From assembly GCA_965153285.1 (NCBI GenBank), contig OZ229110.1: DNA of 64,000 nt; one strand, 5' to 3'. Position numbers and translations under genes: made by a program. Shown here piece by piece: positions 1 through 13,100 of this stretch (position 1 is its first letter; each line of letters starts with the position of its first letter). This DNA is from Podarcis tiliguerta (Eukaryota). Below the pieces are notes generated by a model. The model did no database searches and had not been told where the DNA came from. It worked only from the letters and a program-made list of their open reading frames with translations.

Positions 1-843
1 CTCAAGTAGTATTTTGTTGAAGTATTAAACACAGTACACACAGAAGTATTTGCTCGGATTTGTCTTAACGTGGTAGTTTGAAGTGTGCAAAATTTACAGG
101 CCGTTGGTTCCCTGATGTGTGGAGGAAAGATGACACTGGGCCATGGGGGAAGCAACTTATTCCTTCTCCTTAGTTCTTAGTCTTGCATTCTGGTTTAGCA
201 CTAGAACTAGAGTTATTGCATCAGGTTTTTCCATTCTGCATTTATCGTGGCTTTGGGTGTTTGAGATGTAGGGGAGGAACAGGCAGTGCAAGATACATAT
301 GCTTCCTCCTCCTTTGCATCTCGAGCAGCTTAAAGTTATTTGTCAAGGTGATGGTATTAGTTACCCCCAGTGAGTTGTGCAGCTCTTGTAGAAAGTTAGC
401 CATGCCTCAGAGCTACTCTGGGAGAATGCAGAAGCCCTAGGGGTTTTTTGTTCATTATACTTATACAATTGAAGAAACTAATAGACATTGAACATAGCCA
501 GAAATGCAGTGAGTGAAGTTTCAGCATACTGAAGTCAGTCATTGCTAGTTTAATCTATCTTAGCATTATTCTTATGAGAATACTGAACCAAAGGAATTGG
601 AATACTGCATGACACTTAACAGTAGGGATGGGGAAGGAATCGCACCCTTTACTCTTGTTGGCAATCAACAAGATGTTGGCCAGCTTGGCAATCTCACTTA
701 GCCATGAATACTCACAACATGCTTCCCCCACCTTGTGCCCTGCATCTTTTCCTGTTTTTGTTCCATTGCTCAGAGACGCATCTTTCTTTCTCTCTCTTTT
801 TTTCCGTTTCCTCCTCCCTCCCCCCTCCCCTCCTTTCCCCCAG

Positions 844-1104
844 TGCACCCTGAGACCCAGTCCTTGGCAGTGCTGGCCCCCCTGCAGGACGTGGTGGTGG
901 GGGCTGGGGATGCAGCTCTCTTCGAGTGCCTGGTGTCTGGCCCACCTGATGTGGATGTGGACTGGCTATGGCGGGGGCGCCTGCTCCAGCCTGCTCTGCT
1001 CCAGTGCAAGATGCATTTCGATGGGCGCAAGTGCAAGCTACTGCTTACCTCTGTGCATGAGGATGATAGTGGTATCTACACGTGCAAGCTTAGCACAGCT
1101 AAAG
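844..1104 (+). CDS. SPEG: SPEG exon, Ig I-set ([16 protein letters not shown]...YTCKLSTAK)
   Basis: polypyrimidine tract + cag at 841-843; donor AAG|gtaagg; phase 1-1. Confidence 0.95.
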
Positions 1105-4100
1105 GTAAGGAAGGAGGAAATGCTGCACTGGGAGAAGTCAAGGTGCTCCAGTAGCAAGAAGGGGATGCTTGTAACTGGCTGCTCGCTTTCAACCAACCAT
1201 TGTAACAGTGCCTTTAATAGCAGTGTGATGAACATATATAAATAGGTGATGTTTATCTCCATCCCTTGAATCCCTTAACCTGCTTGTTCCTCCATATTCA
1301 GGTGCTCTTACAGGCACGAGAGCAGGTTGGGCTCAGTTTTTTTCTGGTCAGCTGGCAACCCTATTTGCAACAGGGTCATCACTGCACTGATATAATTGGG
1401 TGGGGGGATGGTGTCTCTGTGATGCTGAAGTTTTAAGGTTCCATAATTATTTGACCATTCAAAATAGGCACACATGTTTAAAGTGTTACAGTTCATTCCG
1501 TATACTAAAGCAGGAAGCATGAATAGCCTGCTGCCATAGGCCCTGGGGGCTGGCACGCCTCATTAAACCAATGTAAGAACCTTCACATCACCCTATCTGC
1601 TTCCTTGCCACCTAGAAAACGCATTGAGACTGCACATTACTTGGGAGCACTTGATGGACTTTCTTCTGAGTAGATTTGTTCAGCTGGATAGCTCAGTTGG
1701 TTAGAGTGTGGTGCTGATAATACCAAGGATGTAGGTTTGATTCCTGAAAGAGACATCTGTATATTCATGCATTGCAGGGGATTGGACTAAATGACCCTCC
1801 GGGTCCCTTCCAAGTCTATGAGTCTATGTACCCATTTGAGAGAAGGTCCTACACATTAAACTCAGTGGGACTTGTTTCTGAATAGATGTGTATAGTGGTG
1901 TATCCATCACAGATTTAGTAAATCAAATATATATATATCAAGGCTGGGGAAGGGTAACTGGATTGGATAGGGGCAACTGCAGAACAAATTTAGTTTAGTT
2001 TACTTATGGACATCCTGAAGTGACTTAAAATACAATAACAAATTCAATAAAAACAGTACAAATATAAGAATACTAAAAGCGTTCATGCAAAGTGGGTCGT
2101 GGGAGTGGAGAAGTCGCCTAACAACATGAAATATGTCCCCACTGCCATACGGGGTGAACAACAGCAGCTACCAGAGCCCAGCCTGCTGTCCAAATGGCCA
2201 AGGGTTATACAGCACAAGTTAGAGCCAATCCACACTTTTCTTTGTCCCATGATTTCTAGTCACAGGTCTGAGAGGTTTCTTTTTTGTCCTGCTGCTTTCC
2301 CTGGGAAAACCCGCTGTTTCCTGCTGAATCAGAACAAACGTCAAACGACAGAAAACCAAATAAACAGCACAAAAAATATAATGGCATGTTGTGGGAATTC
2401 CCTTGCCAGTCTTATTTCTATGCTACTAGTTCATTACAATTCTCCTGCAAGGACCAGGCACCTGGTTGTTTTTAGGGTGTGGGGTAGAGAAGAGCTTCCC
2501 TATTTTCTTTCGTGTGCAGAGCTATCTAGGGCTGAGTAGCCACCGTACATTTAAAGCACGTGTATTTCCCCCAAATAATTCTAGGAACTGTAGGTTAGCC
2601 CCATAGAGCTATAACTCCCAGCACCTTTAACAAACTACAGTTCCCTGGATTCTTGGAGGGAGAGTGAAGTCATTTGCTTTAAATGTGCTTTCACTGTAGA
2701 GTGTGTGCTCAAACATGGTGCACTTGAGTTGGCGTTAGATAAAAAGACATTCCAGACTGGTGAGCTGAGATAAATTCCTGGGCAATTTATGGGTTGGGGG
2801 GCAGGGAGTCAAAGGGGCAAGAGGTATAGTAAAGGATGCAACTATGTGGCCGCGCCAGTCCGCTCTGGGTTACAATCCTGGATTTGAGTCCCTAGCTAAG
2901 AGTTGCTTTCTGGACCTGTATTAAGGGACAAGAAGCTTCAGCAGAGAAGGAAAGAAATATATTAATATAGTAGGCCTTATACCTTAGGTATGTACCGAGC
3001 TTCTGAACTGGCAGGACAAATAATACAGCCAAGAATAACCTCCACAGACCTGCTTGCTTGCTTTTATGTGGCCAGGCTGAAAAGGTCATTTCGTGCGTGG
3101 AGAGGTTACATGCAGAGCAGCTAGCTTGCAAAAGTGGGCAAAGGGAAAGCCCCCACCCTATGCTCATATGAGCACACAGTTCACATTCAGAAAAGAAGGC
3201 TGTGTACAAACCATACTTAAAGCACCTGTCCTTCACCCAAAGAATCCTGAGAACTGTAGTTTGCTAAGGGTACTGGGAATGGTAGCTCTGTGACGGTTCC
3301 TTGAATCCTTGGGATGTGCTTTGAATGTGCTTTAAAGACATGGTGTGTATGTAGCAGAAGACATCCAAGCACCATTTTTTCCCAGGGAAGGGGATAGCCA
3401 TACCTCTTAAAGAGTTTGCACCAAGTCTTGAACCTGTTTGTCACTCAGATGCTATGTCATTGTGCCCTCTAGCACCCAAGGCCATACACAGCTACTCCGC
3501 TATCAAACAGCTGCAATAAGGAACTCCACTGGTGCTTTTAGCTAGGCACCAGAGTTCTAGGCCCAGGCCGGGAGTTCCATGAGAGAAAGGAGCTGAGCAG
3601 TCCTATTTGACTTGCCTCAGACACACCCCATACCCCTTTGGAATCTGTTCAGTGGCTTGGATGAATTCCCCAAGTGGTGTGGGATTAGTGAGGGCCTGGA
3701 ATGGCATTGCTTGTTACCCATTTCTTGCCACAATCACCTCTTTGTGGTAGGAGCGGTGGGGCTGGCTTTAAAAATGGCACCTTGTTTGAGTGCAAGCGGC
3801 TTAGCAAGGCGAGACAAGTTATATTGGCACCTGAGGGGGAAAATCCCCATAAGCAGTGGAGGCTGGTTCAATAGGGTGAATGGAGCACTGGGCTGCCAGC
3901 CTCAGTCTGTCCTCAGCCAATCCCAGGGGCAAAACTCTGTCGGCTTCCTTCTCCTTAGTCTTAACAGGGTTTCCCTTGCAGAACAAAGCAGGGAGGATGA
4001 TGGGGGATTTGCTGACTCTGCCTGTTATATTGGCTCTGGTTCCACTGATTGCTGGGCCTCCTTCCCGTCTGCCCCACCAATACCAATGGGAACCAGCCAA

Positions 4101-7100
4101 CACTGCCCAGAAGTGCTTATCACTGGCAACAAAAAATACAATTTTACCTTTCAGGGTTGTACTTATCGCCAACAACCTGTTTGCAAATTAAACCCACTGG
4201 TAGTGCCCAGTGTCTTAGTAATGATGACACTACAGTGGCTGTCACTGTTAGAGAGGCCTGCACAGTAGTAGTGGCAACCTGATTAGAGAGGCAAATGACT
4301 TTTATTTACATTCTCCTCTCTCCTAGTCTCAGACATGCTCAAGTACATCCTCTGACGGCCCTGTCAGATGACAGATTCAAAGCCAATGAACAGATGTTGG
4401 AGGGAGTTGCAGAGGAGGGGAGGGAAACTGGCAAACCTGACGCCTACCCATACAAAGGGGCTTAGATTCTGTTACCTTAGTGATTTGAACAGAGGCTGGC
4501 AGCTTTTGCAAGAATGTTCTAAGGAGGGTTGTTGCCACTTTCTCCTCTTACCCACACCCTGGCCTGTGCCTTTAACAGCAACCTGACATGCAGAAATTCA
4601 GCAGCTGAGGATTTTTGTGGTTTGGAGATAAATCAGTGTGTGTGTGTGAGAGAGAGAGAGAAGAGAGCACCTTTCCCTGTTTCATTTCTGTGCATCAGAA
4701 AGAGTGGCATTCAGTGCAGAAGAGCAGAACCATTTAAAAAGTTGGATAATTCATTCATTCGCCTGCTTATTTGTATGCTGCTTTCCCACAAGATATTAGC
4801 CAAAGTGGCTCAAGGTGTTATCAAAAGATGAGCAAGAATTTTCACAAGGAAGAATAGCAAATAATTATATTGCATTAATAAGTAAATGAATCATAAAAAT
4901 AACCTACCTCCAAGCATTAGGATCTAATGGTCACAAGGAGAATTGGAAGCCAGGGTCAGCTTTAAGACAGTGCCCAGAAAGAAGCAGGAGCAATTAGCTT
5001 ATGAACTCTCCTCTTCCTTAATAACTCCAACCCTATGCCCAAAGAACGTCCTTCCTGCTCTTTTGCTCCCAACGTTTGCCTTGCTCACAACTTCTCACAA
5101 CCGTCCCATGCCCAAGGGTATAGCAGTCCAGTCACACAACCTGCTGCCAGCCACTTCCCCTACTGTGCCTTCCATCCATGGCACTGAGACTGCTTTCAGA
5201 AGGGAAGGGAAGATTTCTCCAGGGCCCTCCACTGTAGCTGACCCTTCGCTGTGCCTTGCAGATGAGCTGACATGCAGTGCCAAGCTGACGGTCTTGCCCT
5301 CGCAGCAGCCACTCTTCACCCGCAAGCTGGAGGCCGTGGCTGTGGTGGAGGGGCGGATGGCACGGTTCGACTGCAAGATCAGCGGCAAACCCACACCAGT
5401 TGTCACCTGGACACGCTTCGGTAATAGCCTCCATCTCCCAGTACAGGAGGCTCTGGGTAACAAGGAATTCAAAAATCAGCTTTTGGGGGGTTGGGAGGAC
5501 AATAGAGTGTGGGATCGGTGCCCATCTATTCATGGTGGCCTTGATGTTGCAGAGAGATCAGGCCGCAGGGTCAAGCTGCTCCCCACTCCACGCTCCTTTT
5601 TGGAAACCATGACAACTGGGAGGAGGGGGCAGGGGCAGACCATCAATTTGCTTCTTGAATTGAAACCAGTACATTTGATGATGGTCAAATGTGTCCACCT
5701 AAGGACTGGGCACAGAGTCCCTACCTCTCAGTATCTATGGCGTTTGGCTGGGGTTGCACCCATGTACATGCCTCTGTAGCGTTCTCTTCACTGTCTTGTT
5801 GGAGTGTCCACAGTTCTCAAGTGCATAGCAGGCCTTTCTGCATACTCTGTTTCCAGCTACGAACTCGGCCGCTGCTCTGGATGACAAAGTTGATCTACAA
5901 GTTTTTATTCAGGATCCTGAGCTGTGCTGGATGCCGCCCTCTTCTTCAGACTGGGAGCTGGTTGCTGGCAAAAGAGCTCTCCCACATTTGTAGCAAGACT
6001 AGCATGTGTAGGGCAGTGTGGCCTACCTACCCCATGTCATAAATTTCAGTATAGCTACTCTTCTGGGGTGGGGCTGGGCAAGGCCTCTTCCTCTTTATTT
6101 CTATTCCCTATCGTGGCCCAAGGGATAGAGGGATGCCACTCCCTGTTCTAGGCCCTAAACCAGGCTTGGTTTCGTTCAGGATAAAGCCTGCCTTGGTTCC
6201 TCTTGCTTTCGGACCAGGGCTCTCTGACTGAGATGTGTCTGATGCAGGCCAGCCTGTGCAAGAGGGGGAAACCATGCGCCTGCAGCGGGTCGGAGGGCTG
6301 TACTCACTGCTGCTCCTGCACGTGAGCTCCGAGGACGAGGGCCAGTATGGAGTGAGTGCCAGCAACAAACATGGCCGAGCCGAGTGCACTGCTGAGCTGT
6401 ACGTGGAGGAGCCGAGACCAGCAACCAGCTCTCAGATGTGAGTATGAGGAGAAAGGAAGGGCTGAGGATGGGGCCTAGGATATCCCATTAAATCAGGGGC
6501 AGGGAACCTTTTTTCCAGCTCAAGGATCACATTAGCACATAGATAACCTTTCAAGGGGTGAAAGGGGTGGTAGGTAACCTTTCTACAGTAGGCTTCGTTT
6601 CAGCCACAGAAAAGTCAGAGAGTGTTCTCTCTCTTTCTCTCTTTCTCTCTGCACCCCCAAACACACACCTTTCTCCATCCTCTCTCCAGGCAAGCAAGGG
6701 ACATTTCTACAGTTCAGGAACATATTCCAGTCAGAGGGAGAAAGCACTTGGGGCCTGAGGAGTGGGGTGTTAGTAGTCTGGGGCGAGACCCAAGGGCCAG
6801 ATAGAGAACCTGGAGGGCCACTTTTGGACCCTGGGCCTGAAGTTCCCTACCACTTGCCTTAGGTGTTGGGTCACAGTCAGTTGTGGGCATTGTAATATTT
6901 TTTACAGCCAATGTTCTGGCACCAACTATCTTCCTGTGCTAATTTGCTTATGCGAATGTAACCCATGGCCTCCTAATTTGGCTTGCACTGTGCCCTGGCA
7001 CTGCATCTTTTTTTGTAGGGAGGGCACATTTAAGGCCTGGGCCATTTTTAAACCGTCCTGACCAATGGAATAAATGCTGTTTGTTTTCTTTGGCTTTTGA

Positions 7101-10100
7101 CTACACAGTGTGGCTTCTCCCCAGCCCCCAAGTTCCATATTAATGTCAGGCAATAAACAGCTAGAAGTTGTTTGTCTGTGATATTAACTTCTGTGTTTCA
7201 AATGCATTGCCTTACTGACATTTGTATATGAGTGGTGATAGCTGCTCCCCACCCTGGCCCAGCAATCCTAATATGAGGGGGAAACTCCTCAACCTGGGAG
7301 TAATTCTGTATTCATGAGAACCAGACCCGGCCTCTGTTCTCACTGACCCAAGCTCACAGGAAGCTCCCTGGAATGCAGGCCCCGTCACAGCCTGGCTCGT
7401 TGCCCAAACCAGAGTGGCCCTCAAACACAGTCACTCTCAGAGGGCTCTTGCCGTCTTCTTGTGAGAATCAGCTTTGCCTGTGGCCTTACCAGTCTTTCCC
7501 AACATACTCCGCTCTTTTATTCCTGTTCCAGGTCTTATAAGTGCACATGCTCTTTCAGAGCACAAATCCTTCGATGCATCAGCAACTATAATTAGCATGC
7601 TTAAAACGAGGGACATTAGCCAGACAAAATAGAGGCATTTTATATTAAGGCCAATTGAACCGATTACATGTAACATAAAAAAGGACCGGGAGAGTCAATC
7701 TGTTGTAGCAGAATAGCAGATATCCCTGGCACTGCATGCAAACAGGCAGTTATCTGGTTATTCCAGGGCAATGAAAAGCATTATCCCTCCCCAGAGCCAA
7801 GCTGTTGGGTTGATCGCAAAGACATCTCAACTTTAGTTAAAGGCAAATGTTTTTCCATTCCTCTTTAAGCGTGGACAAAACCCTGAAGCGATTGAACTGG
7901 GCTGGGTTCAGTACTGTATATTATTACCCAGTTTATTACCCAATATATTACCTATTTCATACAAGCAGCAAATTTTCCTATGGCTATCAAAAACTGCTCC
8001 AAGAAAGTATGGCGTTTCCTGCCTTATACACCTACGGTTTTCTGTTTGTGAAGCAGGAGGAAATATGTTCGCCTGCTGCTTTTGCCTGCTTGATTTCTCC
8101 TGGCATGGTTCCTTATAGTCACTATCAAACTCAAGTAGTTAGGGATCCTCATTTCCCAGCCACACACTGGATGATATTGATCTGTTATTTCCCCCTGCAA
8201 TCACTCCATAATCCACATTTGTTTCATACTTCCGCAGCTCCTTTGGGTTCACTTGATCTCCCTTCTGTAACAATGGAAGCACTTCCCAGTCCTCATTTGC
8301 CTGCTGCCTGTTTTCCCTGGGGAATGTTTGCAAGAAACTCCCCTATGGCTTTTCTCCACCATGCCTGCATCTGTGAAACCTGATCATGGCTTGCCTGCGG
8401 AGATGGCTTTTCCTGTTCAAATAGGATACCTCTGACTTATCATATCTTTGGCTGTGATCCTTTGTGAGATGTGGCTGGGCAGCCCAGCGGCTGGGCTGGC
8501 TGCTTCGATTGAGACCTCTCTTTCCTCTCCCTTGCAGCTCCAAGCTGGAGAAGATGCCCTCTATCCCCGAGGAGCCGGAACAAGGGGAGAGCGAAGTGGA
8601 GCGCTTCACCATGCCTGACTTTCTGCGGCCGCTGCATGACCTGGACGTGGTGGAATCCAAGGAGGCTGTGCTCGAGTGCCAAGTGGCCGGGCTGCCCTAC
8701 CCAGCCATCACCTGGTTCCACAAGGGCCGGCGCATCAAGAGCTCTGATGATCGCAGGATGATGCAGTGTAGGCTTCTCCCCTTGCATTTCCCCCATGCGC
8801 ATAAGGGAGCTGCCTCATGAAACACGGCCCGATCCAGAGCAGGGAGGCATTGGACCAGGGAGCCTCTGTGCACTGCCATCACCTCTTTCTTCCTCCTCCT
8901 CGTTGTTGCGGTGATTGTAATGTATCTCATCTGTGAGCTGCTTTGCACAAGAAACAGGTCCCCTCCTGTTTTTGGGAGGGTGGATGTACTTCCCCAGTAA
9001 AGAGCTGGAGGATAAGTGGCTATGTGAGCAGCTTCTTTTTTTCTTTCTTGCCACCATTGTTCCCTTGCTCACCTCACCCCCCTCTGGGCCAGAGGAAGGT
9101 GGCTGTGGCAAGGAGGCCAAGGGGAAAGGGCCTGAGTCTCTTGGCAGTGGGACCTCTGCAGAGCCATAGGTCGCAGCGGATGCCCGACTGTGCCAACCTC
9201 TGACACTGGCCTTGATATAGAAGCACCAGCTGGAGCTGGGGGGGCAATTTGCTGAGCCCTTCCCAGTGAAAATAAGGCAGGGTTGCACCAAAACATACTG
9301 GTAATTGAAGTGGAAAATTGGATGATCCCCCCTCTCTTAACAAATTAACATGAGGACGATCCGCCAGGAAGTTCCCCATCTCAGGCCTCACAGGAGCTGT
9401 GCTGTGACTTGCACAGTTTCCCGTGATTTCCAAAGGGGCATATGCAGGTTAACTCAGATCTCTTTGTCTCCCATTCTCCTCCTCTTAATGGTGAAAGGTG
9501 GCTGGGACCACAATAGGTGGGTGTCATTGCCTCCTGCCTGTGCCCATCACACCTGTAAGGCAGCATGTCCTTACCCCAGCAGCACCTGCAGGATTCTACC
9601 TCCCCCCCCCCACATTGCTACACCTTCCCTCCCCATGTCCCTAATACCATTTCCCTAGCAAACATGTCAGTACCTGTAGTCTTTGGCTCTCACTGGTTGT
9701 TCCTTTGTACAAAGATTGTAACGTGTTCTCTGTTCCCTCCCTGCCACCGTCCACTGCAGACAAGGATGTGCATCGCTTGGTCTTCATCTCTGTCAGTCAC
9801 GCCCACGCCGGGGTTTATAAAAGTGTCATTGCCAACAAACTGGGCAAGGCTACCTGCTATGCTCACCTCTATGTCACAGGTAAGGATGGGGAAACAGTGG
9901 GAGGAGCTGCTGTTCAGCATCAGCACCCCATGAGGTGCTTTGCCTTGGGCCCAGGGATGGTGTACCTTGGGCCTGAGGGCTGACTATGACCCTCTAGACC
10001 TCTCCAGCCCTTGGGACCCTTCCCAGGCCACAACCCTCACTTGCCCTGTTCCCACCCTCAAGTGCCTTTGCATGGCTGGAATGTCTCCTTGAACTATAAC

Positions 10101-13100
10101 AATGCCTGTCACTTGCCTGGAGTCGTGAGGGTGGGTTGGTGTAGAATGTTCCGACTTTTGCACGGCTGGAACGCAGCCTATCTGACAAAGGTAAGAGCCA
10201 CATCTGTTGATCTGTCACTTTTGACTCTGGTCCGGTTCTCCTTCTGCCTCTGGTCATGCCCATTGCAGCCAAGCAGCCCCACACATCTTCTCTCTCTTTT
10301 TTTTTAACATATCATTTTCAAAAGTAATTAAACATACTTTTACATCTTATTCAAATTTTTGACTTCCAACAATCCTGTCTGAAAATTTTCCAATCGAATC
10401 TCTCAGTATGCATTTCTTATCTTCCCTATTACATTTCAAACTCATAACCAATATCTCTATCTTTTTCTACTTTGTAACACTTCATATATTTCTCCTTACA
10501 AACCTTCTTGTAGTCCTACTAGCGTAATTTGTTGATTACAGTTGCTCTTCAAATAATTCATATACTTCTTCCAATCTTCTGTAAATCTCTGGTCCCGCAG
10601 GTTTCGAATCCTTCCTGTCATTTTGTCCAATTCTGCATAGTCCATTAATTTCGTCTGCCATTCTTCTTTCGTTAGAATTTCTTCTTGTTTCCATTTCTGG
10701 GCTAACAATACTCTTGCCGCAGTTGTTGCACATAAAAGCCCCACACATCTTCTCAGTGCTAGTGTGGAATGCCCCTCTATAATATTTTGGATCATTCTCT
10801 CCCAGGATGGCAAATGTGAAGTCTAAGGACCTGGTTCGAGTCTTAATTGGTCATGGAGCTACTATCTTCTGGTGGAGCAAGAAAGTCAGCTATAGAGGGC
10901 TTCAGATGTCTTTCAGCATTCTGCTGTTTGAACCTTTAACATGTAGGAGACCACATAATATCATTGAGTCCTGGAACTCACTCTAGAAAGAGTGACTTAA
11001 GCACCCACCAATTAAAAACATAGACTAGTACCCAAGCCTCAGAATCCCCTAAGGAGGGGGCAAATATGATCTTGGTCAGAAAGCAGAGCATACTGTCTGT
11101 GTACACACAATATATTTAAAGCACTTTTGAAGCACATTTCCCTACTCCTCAAAGAATTATGGGTACTACAGTTTACCCCTCTGTTACAATTCTCAGCAAC
11201 CCTTCACAAACTGAAGGGTTTGTGCTTCAAATGTGCTTTAAAGGAATAATGTGTACATAGCCCCTGTCTCCTCATCTTTCCCTGTGTTCTTGATGGGTCC
11301 TCACCCACCTCCATGCTTGTCTTTTACAGATGTGGTGCCCACACCCCCTGATGGCCCGCCGGCTATAGCTGCTGTCACTGGCCGAGCAGTCACTCTGAAA
11401 TGGAACAAGCCCAAGTGGCTGGATTCAGCTATTGGTAAGCAGGGCCAGGAAGGCAAGTGGCAGTGGCAGTGTAGTGGCAGCCGGGTGGAGAAGGAGCTGG
11501 GCTGTGAATAGCTGCTTGAGGTGCCAATTGGGAGAATTTGGTGTCAGATGCAGGGGCTGGTTCCCCAGTCTCTCCTGCTGTAGTGCAAATGCATCTTAGA
11601 GGACAGGCCATTCCACATAACTGGATTCCTCTGCTGGGCAGCCTGGCAGTTGTCACTGGGCAGGTGGGTGCACAATCTGGTGCTGCGATTGCAAGTGAGG
11701 CCCCCGCTCTCACTGACAGCTGCCATTGATGTGTTGTACAGCCCACTCTCTCTGCGTGCTGCTGGCAGGCAAAGGGGGCATTACACATTTGCATACACTG
11801 ACTGGAAAATGTGTTCGCATTAGCACTGGTGGGTTNNNNNNNNNNNNNNNNNNNNNNNNNNNNNNNNNNNNNNNNNNNNNNNNNNNNNNNNNNNNNNNNN
11901 NNNNNNNNNNNNNNNNNNNNNNNNNNNNNNNNNNNNNNNNNNNNNNNNNNNNNNNNNNNNNNNNNNTCAGAAAAGCTGCATTTTGCAAATTAAGCCAATT
12001 TGCACAATTGCTGTTATTTTGTATACTTTATGGTATACAAAATATGTGCAGGCCGGTAAAACAGTTTACCACAAATCTTATTCAGCTACCTGAAAATTTC
12101 AGGTGGTGTTACTCACACACTTCCAAGCATATCCTTCTTAGCCCATAAGGACTAGAAACTTACTTTGTTGTTTTACTTCTGTTGTTGCTGACCAAAAGCT
12201 GTTGTTCATGCGAACCTAAAGGGCATCAATTAGCTTTAAGGGGGAGAAACTCACTCCAGAGGGTGAGTATTATCCAGTTTTCCCAACAGCCTGCCATATC
12301 CTTGTGACTCACATCCTTGTGCTTGCCTCCCCACTACTGTGGTATTGAGTGGGGGTAGCATGCAAGCATAGCATAAAGTCCTAACTCTGGACAAATGATG
12401 CATAGCCTCACTAGCTTTTTGCTGGAAGTTCTCTTCTTCTGTTCTCAGACCCTGCAGCTGTGACTTACACCATCCAGCAGCAGGTCCTGGGTAGCAGCCA
12501 CTGGACTGTGATTGCCACGGGGGTGCATGACACCAGCTACACCGTCCTGGCTCTGAAGAAGGGCATCCACTACATGTTCCGTGTACTCACAGCTACAGCC
12601 AAGGCTAATAGCAAGCCCTCTCCACCCACTGAGGCTGTGCAGCTCCTTGATCGTGGTAAGGCAGCGTCAAAGCAGGGAAAGGGGAAGAGGACAGGTGGCA
12701 GGGGGCGGGGAACTAGGAGGAGGGAAATGGAAAAGAAGCTGACACTATGGTAGTCTCCTCACACACACATACCCCAAGCTGGAGTGATGATGCCTGAGGG
12801 CAAATGAGATTTTCTCAGTCTGATGCTCTGGTGGTTAAACAAGAAACATATTTAGATAGAATCAGACAGAAGCAAATAGCCAAAGGCCCATAACAAAACA
12901 GAAGGAAAGGTTGCATTTCTAACTTTCTGCTCCTTTCTAGTCTTATAATTAGGCTGCAGGGTTTATTCGGGTTCTAATCCTAAATATAAAGATTCTGATA
13001 TAATCAATGCCATTGTTTCTCCAGAGCCCATGGCAGAGAGCCATAAATGCTTTCTCCCTTGGGGGAACTGCTTGCCACCTCCAGCATCTTTGAAGTAGCT

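Noticed and set aside
3612-4268. 218-aa intronic ORF (also 628-1245, 7847-8383, 23980-24711, 59742-60452)
   Set aside because: No domain similarity or supporting splice structure; several have non-ATG starts or merely overlap real exons or repeats
11836-11966. ORFs spanning the N run
   Set aside because: Artefacts of the assembly gap
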